From Amoebophrya sp. A120 (lineage: Eukaryota > Protista > Dinoflagellata), in contig CAJINV010000003.1 of NCBI GenBank assembly GCA_905178155.1, forward strand, positions 4,437,863 to 4,501,862: a DNA stretch of 64,000 nucleotides, given 5' to 3'. A program made the position numbers and the translations under genes. Shown one piece after another: positions 46,987-62,034 of this stretch. Numbering within the stretch: the first letter of the stretch is position 1; each line of letters opens with the position of its first letter. Under the pieces are notes generated by a model that was not told the DNA's origin, did not search any database, and saw only the letters and a program-made list of their open reading frames with translations.

Positions 46987-47505
46987 GATGCTTTCCTTCC
47001 TGGCTTTTCTTATCTTGTTTCTCAGGAATAAACTCAAGCATGCTATTAAAGCGAAGAAAAGCACCTGCTCCCCGTACGCATTTCAAAGCCACGCAGGCGA
47101 ATCGATGATGCTAGATGCAACACAACGAAAGAGCGAGGACAATCACACGAACAAAAGATGCCCCCGTTCTGTCTGGAGCACGTCTCGATCCGCGTTTACT
47201 CCGGTCACTCAATCGCGTAGCTTTCCTCATAACGCATCACTCGGTTCCAGCGCACTCTAACTAACCCTTGCGGGAACACGATACGAGCACTTTGCTTTGT
47301 AGGTTCTTTCATCTGGATTTTTCTTGTGAACTTGCAGAACTAAGCGAAAGCTAAAGCGGTCCTTTAAGAAAAACCGATGATCGATCGGGCGTTTCTGAGA
47401 GAGAAGCAATGCCATAATACGAGTACAACTACGCGCAGCTGCTGCCGTACCTTGACATATGTTCTTTCGTAAGTAGGTACTTACAGCCTTCCGAAGCTGG
47501 CAAGC

Positions 47506-49464
47506 TCAGGCTGCGCCTTGTTTCGACGGTGAAAAGCTAGGGTCTCGGCCGAGCTCCTTCTTCAAGGCCGCAATTTCCTTCAGCAGTGTTTGCTCTCTCG
47601 CAATTCGCTTCTTTTCCGAGTACTGATCAGCACCCGTAGCAGATTCCAGAGTGCTCAGCAATTGATTGTATCGTTTCCGCAGCTCCTCCGCTTCCTCGGT
47701 GATTTTGCGCTCGCGCTCCTCCACATCTCGCAATTGCTGGCGTAGCCCCTCGATTGTTGCTTCCAACTCAGCACGAGCTTCCTGCAACACTGTTTCCGCA
47801 TTCTTCCGCGTAATCTGTTCGTCTCGCAGTGCTGTTTGTGCAGCTGCGCTGTCCGCTTGCGCCCTTTCCAGAGCAGATTCGAGCTCCGCGATCCGGGCTT
47901 CGTATTCATGCCGTGACTTTTGCTCTGCCTCCTTGGCCACTTCAACCTCTTGCGCCAGAGCCGTGATTCGTCCCTTCTGCGCCTGGCTCTCGCGCGCCGC
48001 CGCTGCCTCAACGGTGCAAATCTTGGTGGTCCAGGACTCCGATAGCTGTGCGAGTTGGTCGCGATGCTTGGACGTGGTTGCGTCAAGCTGCGTTCGTGCG
48101 CCTTGCAACTCTTTCTTCTGCGTTTGAACAGCAGTTGACAGAGCGGCGCGACGTGACACGGAGACAACGTGCCTCCACTGTAGAAACACCGCTTGCCGTA
48201 GGCTGCTCGCCACGTGTTCATTTTCCCGCTCAAGCAGTGCGAAAAGTGCCTGAGTTTGTATGAGTCATGTGCTAACTTATGTTCTGTGCACTTTATTTGA
48301 GGAGCAGGGGATCAAAAGAAATTTCCCGAATAAAAGAACATCAAATGCCCTACGCACAAAGAAACATCTCACCAGCTTGCTCTTCGCCGAGAAACCAGCC
48401 TTGGCGCCTTGTTCCGTCGGTCCGCATGTGAAGACAGCCTCGGAACCGGTGTTGCTAGCAACTTCCTCGATCGCCATGTCCTGCTCCTTTTGGAGAGCAA
48501 CATTCAGGTTCAGCGTCCCCATGTCTTCGAAAAAATACTCCGCTACTGTGCTCGCGGATGGTGCACCAGCCACCCGTTTCGGCGACACCACCAAAACACG
48601 GTCTGGCTCGGCGGCAGGAGGCGCGACGATGTCAACGGGCGTTGTCGCACATTGCAGGAAGAGCGAGCTATCCCTGCGGACAACTACAGCGTCACGGGTC
48701 GGCGGCCTCGCGCCACTGGAAGTAGATTCTAACGTGGCAGCAGGCGGGTCAGCGACCGCGGCAGAAATAAGACCACCCCCGTCCTCGCCACCCGGTAGTA
48801 GAACTTGATCACCCACCGCTGGTGATCCACCCCGTGCCACTGCGTTGCGCGCGTCCTGGAGCCATTTCACCTCGAGCTCCAGTGTTTCGATCCGCATCTT
48901 TGCCTCCGACAATTCCAGCGTCTTCGTGTCGAGTTCCCGGGCGGTGGTCTGGTGCCGGCGTTCCAGCTGGTCTAGCTCCTCCCCCGGTAGTTCGGACGGA
49001 AGAGAGCTGACCCCGTAGTTGCTCTTCAGATATTTCTGGCTGTTCAAGATCGCCGCGCCACCCCGGGTCTTTCGCTTCGTGGGCGAATCGCGGACCAGTC
49101 CATTGTTCGTCACGAGGCTAGAGGAGCTCGCGGAGGAAGATCCTGGAGTTCATTTGGACGCGATGTTGAAGTAGAAGAAGATAAAACATAACAATAAATT
49201 GGAACTGAAAGTAACCAGTTTTAAACACAGTAATTCATTCAAACGAAAGAATAAACGTCACAACTTCAACAAGCGTTCTGTACCGACAATCATGGAGCCT
49301 TTGAACTGGCCTCCCGCATTGAGCGACTTTTTCGAGTAGCCCTGCGTGGTGCGATCCAGCAGCTCCAGCTGCAGCTGCTTGACCTCTTTCTTCAGGCACA
49401 TCTTCTCGTACACCAGCTCCTCTACGATCTGGCTCATGCTCTTGTCCACGTCCGGTTCCACCAT
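47506..49464 (-). CDS. Coiled-coil protein, 3 exons
   Basis: Heptad-rich ORFs 49258-49503, 48277-49113 and 47506-48213 with plausible GT/AG boundaries. Confidence 0.65.
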
Positions 49465-50265
49465 CGTGTTTGGGTTTCTCTTTCTTCTTATTTGGAAGAA
49501 CAACTCTTTGTTTTTGTCTGTATAAGTATACTCCTGTGTCTGTTCGTATTAATAATTTACATCAGCATCGACCTCAATCTAGTTCCCTATCTTCGTAGTC
49601 CACCCCGCCCCCCTGAGACTCAACGAATGCTGCCCAGCCTCCTCTTAAAGAAACAACCCCTGTGTTGCGAAAAAGCGCCAAATAAAGCTTTCAAAAGTGC
49701 GAAAAACAAGTATAGTCCCCTTGATTCTCCGACAGACTTTGTCCGATTGGAGCACTATTTTACTGCCCCCCCAAGCAAGCATGTCTCCGCGCCCAACGAA
49801 GAAAAATTTGAATGTGATCACTAGTTATTGCCTTTTTGATACAAGTTGGTGGATCGGGATCTTGAAGAAAGAGATGAAAATGGTGTACTATCGCGAATGA
49901 AGCAAATTGTCCTGCTTTCCCGACCAGAAAACCCGCACGAAGGATGAACGTTCCACATGTATCATTGAGACGAGCCAGGATCTCACATCAAGAGCAACCG
50001 ACGATAAAAAGCTCTTTTGAGCTAGTTTCTTCTGAATACTTAGGAGTGTACTGCAAAAGGAATAACGAAACGGAACTTCTTCACTGAAGCAAAAGTCACG
50101 TGAGAGTCTCTCTCTCTGCGAGTTTTGTCTGGAGGTAACGGTTCATTTTCACATTGAGGTGCGTCTGCAAAAGTTCTTTCTTGAAACGAATCCCGATGTT
50201 GCCGTTCGTTTGCTTGCACGACAACATAGTCGCCAAGCCGAAGCCGCAGATCTCCTCATCTACTT

Positions 50266-51407
50266 CTACTTGGAAACGCGACTGGGCCGCTGCATGAAAC
50301 CGTGCGGTGCCATCTTGCGGTTCAGTGCGTGCTGGCGGAAGTAGCCGTATGTGGCACACATGGTATTTGGGTGTGTTGGTATGAGGCGGCCCTCAAAATG
50401 TCGGGTCATACCCAGGACGTGCGCCTTTTTGATGTAACCACGGCGCCGCAACATTCGCTGAAACCCGGCGTGCGGGTGAATCTTTGGGCGCCGGTGCCCA
50501 TGGTAGCCCGTGTGGTTGCAAGACTTGTTCGTTCCGATTTTGTAGCGACGGTACGGCAGGTACTGCCGCTGCTGTGCCTCTATTTTGTCCATGTCCTCGC
50601 TTGGCGGCGGCGTGGTTTCTGTGTACTCATGTAGTTGCTGTTTCAGCACCGGAAGCGCCCGCCGGAAATCCTCCCACTCCTCTCTCGACAGATAGCCCAG
50701 CACGCGCCGTCGGTAGTCGGTCAGGCACAGCATGGGCTGCTGGCGGGCTTCCGGCCGTTCTTGTGCCCTCGGGTCCAGCCGCTGCCGATAAAAATTGCCC
50801 ACCCGCGGCTTACCGTGACTACTGCACGGAAACGTGTCACCTGTGACGATGTGCGAAAAGCTTGCCGATTGGAGTAGCACGAGTTGTCTGTCGCACCAGC
50901 TGCGAAGATCCATGGTTTCGAGAAAGCTGCACTGGTTCGCTGACACCATGTTTTTGCTCGATTTTCGAGCTGTTGAAAGAGGCTGAACAATCTTCTTCTA
51001 CTACTTCCTTCACTTTGCGATATATTATAAGAAACCACTTAAATACCTGTCTTAGTCGCAGAGGGCCACAGCCTCGTTTCCTGGCGCATAGTTTCCGGTC
51101 CGCAGTCTTTAACAAACTGATCCTGTACCCAGTCAGGACGATGATCGAGCTGGCAAGGCGCGCGAGGGTCGGGTAGCGCGTTGACGTCGGCGGAGCGGGC
51201 GTTGTGCACAAAGAGATTTTTTCCGAAGGGCTCGATCGCCATCAGAGGGGTTGCATCCTTCGGCGGCCAGTGTGGCCACATTGCATTCCACCATTGCTGC
51301 CGTTCGACGCTCAAGGCCGGCCGCCAGGCTTTCAGGGCGCGCGAGGCACAGTCCGTGAAAGCCTTGTGATACGAGTTGGACGCAAACTGCCCAAACGGGT
51401 ACGACAT
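50266..51407 (-). CDS. Basic conserved-looking protein (possibly mitochondrial ribosomal), 2 exons
   Basis: ORFs 51039-51407 and 50266-50949 joined by a probable GT-AG intron; R/H/W-rich with coding-like codon use. Function is a guess. Confidence 0.55.
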
Positions 51408-51886
51408 GGTCTTGGTTTCAAACAGAATTAAATCTGCTGTCTTAACAGGGGCAAGTTGAGATTTCTCTTATTCACATGACATAGTTCGAAACCACCACAG
51501 AAAAGTTCCCGTCAACGAACAAAATAAAAATCTGAAGATCCAACGTAGAAGAGAAGAGTAAAAACAAAATGGCGGATCTTTCCTGCCGGAAGCCATCAAC
51601 TACAGTAACAACGTAGGCTACAATTCCACAACTAAGTGCTGGAGGAACACCGCGGTATGTTGGACGCGTTTGCGCAAGTAGAACGTCTTCCCACCGTGTC
51701 GCCGTTTCTCATCGCGTGTGTGTCATTGCGTATGCGGCATTTTCGCTTTCTAGGAATCGAGATCTATGTATCAGGCGCGGGATCAGCAGAGCTTTGCGTA
51801 AATTTTGTTTGTTGTGCTGCGTCGACGGTAACCCGACGCAAACACAGGGAGCCGTGCCCGTCAACTAGCTGTCGTCCATCATGTCC

Positions 51887-54289
51887 TCACTCTGTAGACG
51901 CCGTAACTCCCGATAGAGGTCTTCCATGGCCTGCCGCCGTTGTATCCGGTTCGAGAGTTTTGCTGTTTGATTTTTCATCCATGTTTTCCGCCTCTCGGCA
52001 TGTGCCGAAAACGTAATATGCTCCAGCGGACTTAAACTTAAGTATTTTGGTCATGCTCGAGTCTATGTGCATGACAAAACGATCGCCAAAAGCAGAAAAT
52101 ACATGCGGAGCCGCCTGTGCGCACACCACTGCCGCGCGGGCCCAGTGTCGTGCCGCGTTTCCGCGCGGCACCGGCACCGCTGGGACTGGAAACGGAGCGG
52201 CGGTCTGACTGGCCGGAACCGGCCCGCGCGCGGTAGTTTCCGCGTGTCGCGAGACTTCCGACGCCCGGTATTGTTACAGGAATGTCGAAGTTCAGGATGT
52301 CCTCACGCGAGACCCCGTTATTTTCTGGCGAAAAATTCCCGGTGTTTTGCGCGGACGAGGAACTCGCTCCGGTCTGGAACTTTCCGTCCCGCCAGGGAGA
52401 AAAGCTGTTTGGACTCGCTGCCGCGTGCTCCAGTTTGGGCATCTGCGTCGACGGAACGAGCGTGTTTCCCGCGCCTGCCGTGTCCGCCGCTTGTGAATCT
52501 GCGACGGATGCCGACGGCTGCATTTGAAACGCGGCATCCACCTCACCCGGCGACACGAGCGGCGGCGAGCGCGCGGCGCCGAATGTGGGAGACGCGCGGA
52601 GCATGCTCTGGGGCGACACCGCCCGCCGTTTTGGACTTACGGAGGTCGCACGCGACGTCACTCCACGCGTCACCGGCTTCTTGTCCACCTGGTACCCAAT
52701 CACCTCGACGCTACCTGCAGAATGAGTGTTCGGAACAAATCCCATTGGTGGCCGCCCCGAGAACGTCTACCGACAGCAAGATGCAAAAATATTTCTATCA
52801 TTCTTGCACCAAAAAAAGCACTGAAATAAGCACCGATCACTCGGCACCAGCGGTATTACCTTCGACTGCAGCGACTTTTTGCTGCAGCGTGCGCTGATTG
52901 GTAACGACCTTCTTCAAAACCTCACTCATTTTGCCCAACTGCTCGGAAAAATGCGCGTTCAACCGCTTTTCGACCTATAGAAATTCAAACATCTGCGCGT
53001 TTCGATCACGTTACAGAAAGTAGTCGCAACGAGAGTTGTGGGCAGCTCCTTTCATAAACCCGCTACAAACTTCGATTAAAATCGAAACCACGGTAGTCGA
53101 TAGTTGCGTACTTTGTACCATTTCCATGACGTGCTGCGTGGCGTCCTCTCGTTGGCGGCTGATCCGGTCGTGCACGTCATTGAACTGGGCGGCGATATGT
53201 TCCCTAAAATCCTGGAAAAAGTCTGTGGCTTTGCGATCATTGGCCTCTATCGACCCCACTGCGTCGTCCGCAAGTCTATTGCACAGCTGTACAGTCGTTT
53301 TTAGCTGCATCCATTATCATCGCGTTCAAAGCAAAATCGTGGCGCTCTATATATATCATTCCATGCACAAACGGCAATACCAATATCTTAGCGAAAAAAA
53401 GGTAATAAGCCGATGAAGAATGTCAAAATACTCACCTTTTCGCTTGCTTTTATCATGTCGTACTGTTCCGCGAGCTGCTTTTCCATCATCTTGTGTTCCG
53501 ACGCCACTTTTTCCATGGCCGCTACACTGCGCTCCATGTCGCTCCGCAGTGCGGCGCAGGCCTCGTCAGCGCTGTCCCGCGCGGCGTCGACACTCTGCGC
53601 GCTCTCCAGAAACTGCTTCTGCACTTCCGAGCCCAAAACCTCCAGCTTTTCGTTTGTGCGGCCCTCGATATCTTCGTTCATTTCGTTCACTCGAACCTTG
53701 ATGTTCTCCGCAACGCGGTTGACCTAGAGAATGAAAGTGCCGTACGAAGAACATCGTGATCAAGGCAGGATGGCAGTCGTCGGCGTGCAAACAATTTTTT
53801 CAAAAGAACCAAAATTTTCAACGACGGCGCACAATGAATAACATTATCTACACCTCCTCGTTGTATTGCTGCATGAGCTTGATGAGCCGGCCGCAGTTCA
53901 GCACCTTCTCTTCCATTGCATTCACCTGCGTCTGGACCTGCTCGATTCGTTCCGAGAAGGCTTGTACCTTGGTATAATTGGATCACCCGACATCAAAAAC
54001 GAGGTGGTTCCTGCAGTGGCAAAAACCAAAATTAAGCGGAAGGTTAATACAGGAGAAATTAAAAAAGGACGTCCGCAAGAATCGATTATAGTACTGTGAG
54101 GCAGCTACTGCTCACACGTTCGAGCTGAACTTCAAGAAAGTTCAAATAGGCGGCTCGATCGGTGAGCAGTCGGTTTTTGTCGACCTTGTCGACTAGCGAA
54201 GAAGGGCCAACGGCTGCTCCCGCCCCGCCGCCGCCGGTGCTTCGCGGTGTCCGCGGCGTACTGTACGTATTTCTCCGCGTCGACATCAT
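51887..54289 (-). CDS. Coiled-coil hypothetical protein, multi-exon
   Basis: LLTDRAAYLNFLEVQLERVSSSCLT/VQAFSERIEQVQ N-terminal block, several coiled-coil exons with GT-AG introns, S/P-rich tail. Confidence 0.7.
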
Positions 54290-54946
54290 TTTTCGTCCTA
54301 GGACCTGCAAGCGACGAGGACCATGCACAAAAACAAAGAACTACTCTACGCTCGGTTTACGAAAAGGACGCGAAGAGGACTCAGAGCTCTCTACAGATCA
54401 TATTGAAGACCCGCACCTCTCTGATTGCATCGGCAGAGAACTAGAGTTCACCTCTGTAGTAACGTAAGGGGCTCCTCCTTTTTGCTGTTAGTTTTTTTCC
54501 CGCTGCACTCTCGTCATGAAATCTCTCCGATGATTAATTTGATCTCTTTCCTTCCTTCTGGTATAACTCTGAAAGCTGCACGGTGTTTCTGAAATCAGTA
54601 GGATGCCCGCTATATTGTTATTCGTCAGCGGCATCATGCGCTTGCGCATGCGTGGTAGAGATCCTAGCTCATTGTTACGAACACTTGCTCCTTTGGTTTT
54701 TCACAAAAATCGCAAGCAAGGCGAGGTAGAGTTCGCTTCTGCAAGGAACTGGTTGAAGATGGTGTCGTTTGTATTGCTCAGTTTTGAAAGAGTTCTCGTG
54801 AAGAAGAAGACCGATGCGCATCAGAAAAGGAAAACCGGATGTTTGTGCTTGCAGGCGACACAGCATCGCGCAACGTGGATGATGGAACAAAAACCAGCCA
54901 ACCTGTTGTTAGTAGTTCCACGACTTGGTTGCCCAACGCGCATAGC

Positions 54947-57900
54947 CTACTTGAAGGCGCGGCCCTCGTGTTGCTTCCGCTGCGCCGAATGTCCACCTGG
55001 CGGTCGCACGCTGGCAGCACCCTCGGGTCCCCGGGGTCTTGCAATCAGCTTTGGATTCGCAAAACCGGTTTGCTTGGGCGGGCGTGGCGCCTTGCCCGCA
55101 CCCTTCTGGCCAATCTGACCTGTTTTGGTACTGCGACTTGCGTTTGCTTTGTTCTTCTTGCCCCCGTTCAAACGCCGGTTCGCGCGTGGGCTGCCTTCAT
55201 CGCTATCGGGCACATCATCCAGATCCACCACGGAACTGTCACTAGTCTCGTCTGAGCCGCCTCCCCCGAAGCTGTGATTGTGAAAGTTGTTACTTACAAC
55301 GCATTGAAGATGATGAAAACGCTATTGCTGCAAAGGGCTCACTTGGAGGAATGAAGATGAGCAACTATCTATGGAAGTGGCGCTCGCAGCCTGTTTGGTC
55401 GTCGGACACTGAAATTATTAGCAGAGATACACAACTTGTATAATGAAAACGACTACGTCGGCAACACAGATTTTCATATCCCAAAAATACTCGCTCTCGC
55501 TGCCTTCGTCGCTTTCCGTGTCGGGGTTGAATTCGTCGTCTTCTTCGATGTCTGAATCGTCCGAGTCTGGCTTCCAACTTGCCTTTGACGAGTTCTCCGC
55601 CTCAGAGTCCGATCCTCCCTGCTGCGCGTTTACCTGTGTAGTTGTTTTCAACATCTTGATTACTTTTATCCGACTGAGACTGCCTGGAGTGAGAGTGACT
55701 CATATCGATCCCATCGAAAAAATCAACATCCTAGTGGGCAGCTAGTAGAGGGGAAGATGGGGAGCGAATACTGCCAGTCGCATCAAAAATCGAAGTAGAT
55801 TCCGATTACCTCGTCGCGCTGGTCGTGGCCGAAATAGCCCTCCCAGAAGTTCTCGTCCTGGAATGTCCCTGTTCCGATGTCCTTCACGATATTCGCCATG
55901 AGGTCCTTCCACTTTTGTGAGTATTCGGTGGTGTACCAAACGATCCGCTGGCAGGAGAGAATCATTTTCAACCGCTCTCCGAACTCGCGGTTGGGAATGG
56001 CCGTGATCCGCAAGGGTTCTTTTTTGTAGTCTTTGAGGACCAAAATCAGGTCAAACTCCTTCAGCTCCATAGTGAACCGCTCAAACACCGCAATTTCGAT
56101 ATCGCGAAATGGCACGCAAAACGCCGGCCACTCCTGCAGCGAGATGATGCAGTGCGCCGTCGGATGCAGCACGGTGTGACCCCTGTTGAAAAGTCGTCCG
56201 TGTCGCAATTGATCAAATCTTCAGCCACGTCGGTACTTCTAAGCGTACGACCAACTACACGTAGTACCTTACGGCTCACAAGAATATCATCAAAACTCAA
56301 GCTTTTCTATTTCTTTCGTGTTCCCGTGCAAAATTCGATTTTATAGATTTGCCAAATGAGTACCTGAAATGCACACCGCGGAAGTCCAAGTTTTGGTACG
56401 GGTACTGGAAAACCAGGTCAATTTTCTGTTCCCGCAGCAAGTTGTGGATGTGCTCGATGAAACCGCGGAACGTCGCATTGATTTTGTTCACCATGCGGCG
56501 CTCGTTCTCCTCTTCTTGCCTCTCGTCCAGGTTTGACAGCGGCCGTCGGCCCGTCAAGTCCTCGGTCACGTTCAGCACTTCGCAGTAGAACTGCACCATA
56601 AAAGTCCGCTTCTTGTTGATCACAATCTCGTTCTTCAGCTGGAAGTGCATCACCGTGTTCACGGAGTCGACGCAAGGCTCGAAAATCGCGTGCGCGATGT
56701 TCGTGTACAAAATGTCCACGTATTCGCTGCGCGGCGCGATGAAACGCAAACCGTTCACGTGGCCCTCGAGCCGGCCGGTGGCCTTCCCGGTGGTCAATTT
56801 TGGCCTGACGTGGATATCGCGGAGGCAGGGCGGTTGCCGCTGGTACATTGGCTTCAGCGGCTCCTGCGCGACGAGCCCGACCCGGGCTGCCTGCTCCTGC
56901 TCGCGCGCACGCAGGGTCTTCTGCGCATCCTTGAAACGGGTGGCCAGCGTCTCGAAGTTCCTCCCGTCCAGGGACTTGAACACCAGCTCCTTGATGTACA
57001 TGCGCTGTGGGAGCGGCTTATTGGGCTTCGCGTCGTAGGCCGCACGCCTTTCCGGCGGAAGCGCCTCGCGATCCTTTCTTCTGCGCGCATTGATCCAGTC
57101 TCGGGGCATGGGGGGGAAATCGTCCAGGGAGGCACCACCGCCGCCCGGAGTGAAGAACACCATCCGCAGTACGGACCGGGACAGGTGATCGGTGGACACC
57201 GAAATCGATTTCACAACCTTGATGGCGAAGGGCACCGTTATTCCGTTTATCGGGACCAGCAGAGCATTCTTGTCCGTGTCCAGAATCAGCTTCGGTTCCA
57301 GCACCTTCTTGGCATTGGCAGCTCCGAGCCCGTCGTACGAGATATCCGGAAGGTTGCCCGCCCCCTTGTAGAGCTCCAAATCGAACCGCTTCTTTTGCGG
57401 CTGTCCGTCGGAGCCGATTCCGACGTACCCGCGTGCGAACTTCTCCTTGAGCTCCACGCATTTTTCATGCCTTAGTCTCTTCTGTATCTCGACCTGTTCC
57501 TGATTGTGCGACATCGCGAGCTGCAGTTGCTGCGCGCAGGCGCGCTGGCTCCTGCCGGCCCGCGCCTGCTGCAAATTCGTCTGCGCGGCTTGTCGTGCCG
57601 CAGCTTCCTGTTGGAGAATAAGCTGCTGCATGTTCCCGCCCTGTACTCCTGGCCAAGCTCCAGCTGCTGCGCCCTTCGCTGCTGCACCTGGCGGCATGCC
57701 CGCCGCACCCAAGGAGGGATGCAGGCCCTTGCCAGCACCCTTCGCCGTGCCCCCGGAAATCACCGCTGCGCTCGCGGCGGCGGTAAAACCTGCTGGTGTG
57801 TGTACAACACCCGCGGACGAGGAAGACGACGCGGGACCCTTGCCCGTGAGGGGAAGATGAGCCGCGTTATTCTTCGACGTTTCACCCGGCAACGCGTTGT

Positions 57901-59425
57901 CCAATTCGTAGTCGATGTCGCTTAACTGCTTTTTGGCCCACGCCGTCAGTTCCGTGACCTTCCACTCATCCTGCTTCCCCACTTCCTGATTCGGCAAAAT
58001 CACGACGGTATCGGTGGTCCAGATGGCCCACGGCTCCGCTTCGGTGGTGGTGAGTCCGACGGACAGACACAACACCATGCCCGGCTTCACCGTTTTCTTG
58101 CTTTTGGGCGTGATCGCCAGCTGCCCGTCGCGAAACTCGAGCCCCATCCCGAACCCGACGTTGTGCAGAAACCGGTCTTGCAGCGCTTCCGGCAGCGCCT
58201 CCTTGCCGATCTGGTAGAGCTCCGCGAAGGGGAGGTCCTTCCGACGGAGCGCGAGCAGCATGGCGCGGTACGCCTTCTGCACCTCCACATAGGCCTGCTT
58301 CTGCTCCTTCGTGGCATTGATTAGCAAAGTACGTGTCAGACTCGCCCCGTACTCGCAGTACTTCACGCCCAAACTGAGCAGGAAAGTTCCCTGCGTCGCC
58401 AATTTTTTTCTGTAGCCCGGGTCCGACGTGGGGCGTGGGTCGAAGTCCTTGCCGCTCTGACACGTGGCGTACAACAGGTCCAGCTTTTTCATCTCGATGT
58501 TGTGGTCCTGCTCCCACTTCTTCAGCATCGTCCGCTTTTCGAACTCCTCCTCCACCGCTTCCGCGACATTCCGGTTCTTCAGATCCGCCTCCTTGTCGGC
58601 GTTGTGCAGCACGCGATCGATCATGCAGCGCTGCATCACCGCCACGGACACCTTGGCGGCGGAAACCACGTTCTGCAGCTCCTCGAGGCCTTTGCACGCC
58701 AGCGCGTCCGACACCAGCGGCCGCAGATCGAAAACCTCACCACACCCGGCAAGGATCTTCTCGATTCGTACGCCAAACTCGCCGACATGGGTCTCTTTCT
58801 TCAAGCACCACATCTGCGTCACCTGATTTGTCGCGATTGATGTTGTTGATCTTCACGAAGTGATAATCATAATTCGAAACAAGTACTTATTCAATAAAAG
58901 CAGCAGATAAAAATTCGGGGCATGTTGAAAGCAGCGAACACTAAGCACATATCCAATTCAAATCGACAATAGAGCGCATAATTCGATTGCAGGATGAAAA
59001 AAAGGTAAATATAGTACCTGTCGTTTTTCAAAAAACTCCTTCAACTTATCTTCCAACTTCTCGTCGTTTCGAAAGAAGCCTGTGACCTCCATGGGGAGCT
59101 GCTGGCTCGGGTTGCCAAGAGAGAAACCGCTCACCCCCGCCGCCTGCATGGCGGGCACGAGGATCCCGACCTTCTTTTCGGTGGAGATTAGACATACGGA
59201 TTGTCGTGTCAAAATCAAACACGTGTCGTACATAGCGTAGCCAAACAGGTAGTGAAAGAGCGCGACCGTCTTGTGCTCCTCCGACTCGTCGTCGTTCTTC
59301 CCGGTGAACACAAAGTGTGCGTGCCCATCTTCTAGCGGCAGAAACCTCGCGACGCGGCTCCGGAAAGTGCTAGGCAGAATTGCGTCTGCCGCTAGGGGCT
59401 GCGGCTGCGCCGCCGCGGTCGCCAT
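54947..59425 (-). CDS. SPT16: FACT complex subunit SPT16, multi-exon
   Basis: ALFHYLFGY, SLGVKYCEYGASLTRTLLIN, GFGMGLEFRD, LLVPINGITVPF, YIKELVFKS, GRLEGHVNGLRF, HAIFEPC, VQFYCEV, IEIAVFERF...KEFDL, acidic tail. Confidence 0.94.
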
Positions 59426-60336
59426 GTTGGCGGCCTCGTGGTCCTAACAACTACAGCGGCCTGGAGACTTCACTGCTCGCCTTCGCTTTGAGGTTCAACG
59501 CATGGGGAGACAACCTGCGTATCGCCATCAAGAGATCATGAAAAAAATCCTGAAAAGACAATGGCCGTAAAGTTTTTCAAACGCAAATAAGGTGAAATAA
59601 ACTAGAGACGTATAGACAATAAGGAGGAGGGCACGTAGTACGTACTTACCAATCTCTTTGGATAAACAAATTTCAATATCAAAATCATTGAAGGAAAAAA
59701 ATTGTCATATGGGTCGCTGATCGAAGATGCGAGTCGCTGTGAAAAAAATTATCGATCGTCCAGCCAGATGACGATCTTTTCGAGAGATTCAGATATGATC
59801 GAGGCATTGGAAAGCGAGAAGGCTAAAGCGAGACTGCAGAGCTGAATAAAATCTAAAACTCTATATCTTTTCAATCTCTACTCTGATCGGAATAGCTGCA
59901 CAGCAACGGTGTGTAATCAAGATGAAAGAAAAAGATCTTTCGTTGCACTTTTTTGCATCACTCGCGCCCTTTGGCAACGGTCTGAATAGCTACTCCTGAT
60001 CGTCAACAAATTGCAATGAAAAGCAGGGTAGAACAAGGCCTGATCTGAATCTTCGCAGCACGTGCGCAACCTCGAGCTGCGGGTCTCCGTCTTATTATTC
60101 TCCATAAGGGATGCGGCACGCAACGGCCACCGCCTTTGCGTCATTGGCAAGGACTTAAATGTTTCTCAATACGTGTATCGCTGTGTTTTTTTGAGTCGCT
60201 TGTTGTAACATGAAAATGGAGTGATAGCGAGCATGAGAGATCGCAACTGCCGCAATAATAGCACGCAGTCGCATCCGCGCGCAGAAGTAGGACAAGGACA
60301 TAAGACAACTTGCGCATTCGCACGCGCGACGCGTCA

Positions 60337-62034
60337 CTAGTTCGTCTTCTTGGTCGCTGGGAGGGCAGAGCTCTTCCTGGACTCGCGAACTTTCGGAGAC
60401 CACGGTTCCTTCAGCGGTGCGAGAAAGGGAATGCGCAGGTACCCGCATATCCGCGATATCGTGTCCGCCGACACCCAGAGCACCGCGGCGATTTCCCACA
60501 TCAGCAGCAAAACCAGACGCCAGTGATTGCACAGATACGCGAGCGAAGACGTTGCGCCTCCGAAGAGGCACGCGGTACTGCTAGTTGTACCGGACGTCGC
60601 CGCGACGCCCACGCGTTTCGGGGAAGCACCACTAGCACTCGACACCGCGTCCGGACCCGTCGAAAAGAGGCGCCAGGCGGCTCCCCGGGAAAAGTCCAGC
60701 AGCTCGGTGTACTCCTGCGGCAAGAGCAGGAAGCAGGAGTAGCACACCATGGGCAGCAGCGTCAGGTGAACTAACGGGTACCTTATCTTGCAAATGCCGC
60801 TGACGATCATCCGCAGTGTGAGATCCACGGCCGCGAGGCCAAGGATCATCAGCATCAGCACGGGCGTCCGGCTGTACTGCTCGCTCCGGAAAAAGATCAC
60901 CGCAATGACGAAGTGCTGGTACAGGGGCAGCATCGTCCACACGGGGTTACCGAGGGGGTTTATGCCATTCTGGTGATGTTGCTGGTGGTGATGGTGTTCG
61001 CCGCTTGTTGCAGTGCCGCCATTGCCAGTGTTCGACGTGGTCTCCATCTCTCCCTTGCGCCACTGCCTGTACACCCGGACCGCACTACCGCCAATCACAA
61101 CAAGGGCAAAGACAATGCCGATCCAGAGAATCAGGTCCTTGCAGTAAAGCGAGTCGATGCCGATGGCAGGGGTTTTCATCCACTCGCGAAACAGCGGCCA
61201 TCCAGTTACGACCATGCACACCGCGCCTGTAAAAGGGCGATAAGTAAGTACTTCTATCATCGTAAAAATCCATGCAGTGCAAGAGTTGCAACTATTTCAA
61301 CATGATGTGCCGGCCAAAGAAACGCTGCGAACGAGCGGAAGAGACGCTAGTTGTACCCGATATAGTTAATACGCAGTAACCTATCTTTTCGTCGCAGAAA
61401 ACACATCAAAAGCAAGATCTATAAAACTTTATCATACTGAGGAACTGCGCTTCTGTGCATCCCTCCGCGGGTAGTATGCCGGTGTGGTAGTGCTCCCACT
61501 GCGCCGCAAACATGGCGTACGGTACGAGGAGAAAGTTGAGCCAGCCACAAAAGCTTCGGTCGGAGTAGTTCTCCGGCATGAACGGCTCGTGTGCGCACAG
61601 CACGCAAATCAGCCCGTTCAAACAGACCACCACCGCATCACACCCGTGATCAAAGAGCGCGCCGAGCGGCGTGGACTGCCCCGTGCGTCGGGCGTGCTTG
61701 CCGTCGGCTGCGTCGCAGGTTTGGTACACCAGGATGGCGACCGCGGAGTAGATGTGGCCAGCCCACCTGGCTTCCGGAGAAATGGTCTCGCTCGTTACGT
61801 GCACCACGAGCATCACCACAAACCCGCTGAGCATAACGAGGAACCCGGCAAAAGTGACCAGATTCGGACTCACGGAAGCCGGCAGAAAACTGCTGAACCA
61901 GAACCAAAACGGATTCAGCACGTTGTCCAACGCGGAGTACTTCCCAGCCGCATACTTGAAGTGCATCAGGTTGCGGATTCCGGCGGGCGTGACGTAACCC
62001 CCTTCTGGGTCCGACCAGTTGTCCTCTACGATGC
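60337..62034 (-). CDS. CEPT1: Choline/ethanolamine phosphotransferase (CDP-alcohol phosphatidyltransferase); start exon uncertain
   Basis: CDP-alcohol motif DAADGKHARRTGQSTPLGALFDHGCD, SPNLVT, QWEHYHTG, IC.YLRIPFL; multiple TM helices. Confidence 0.92.
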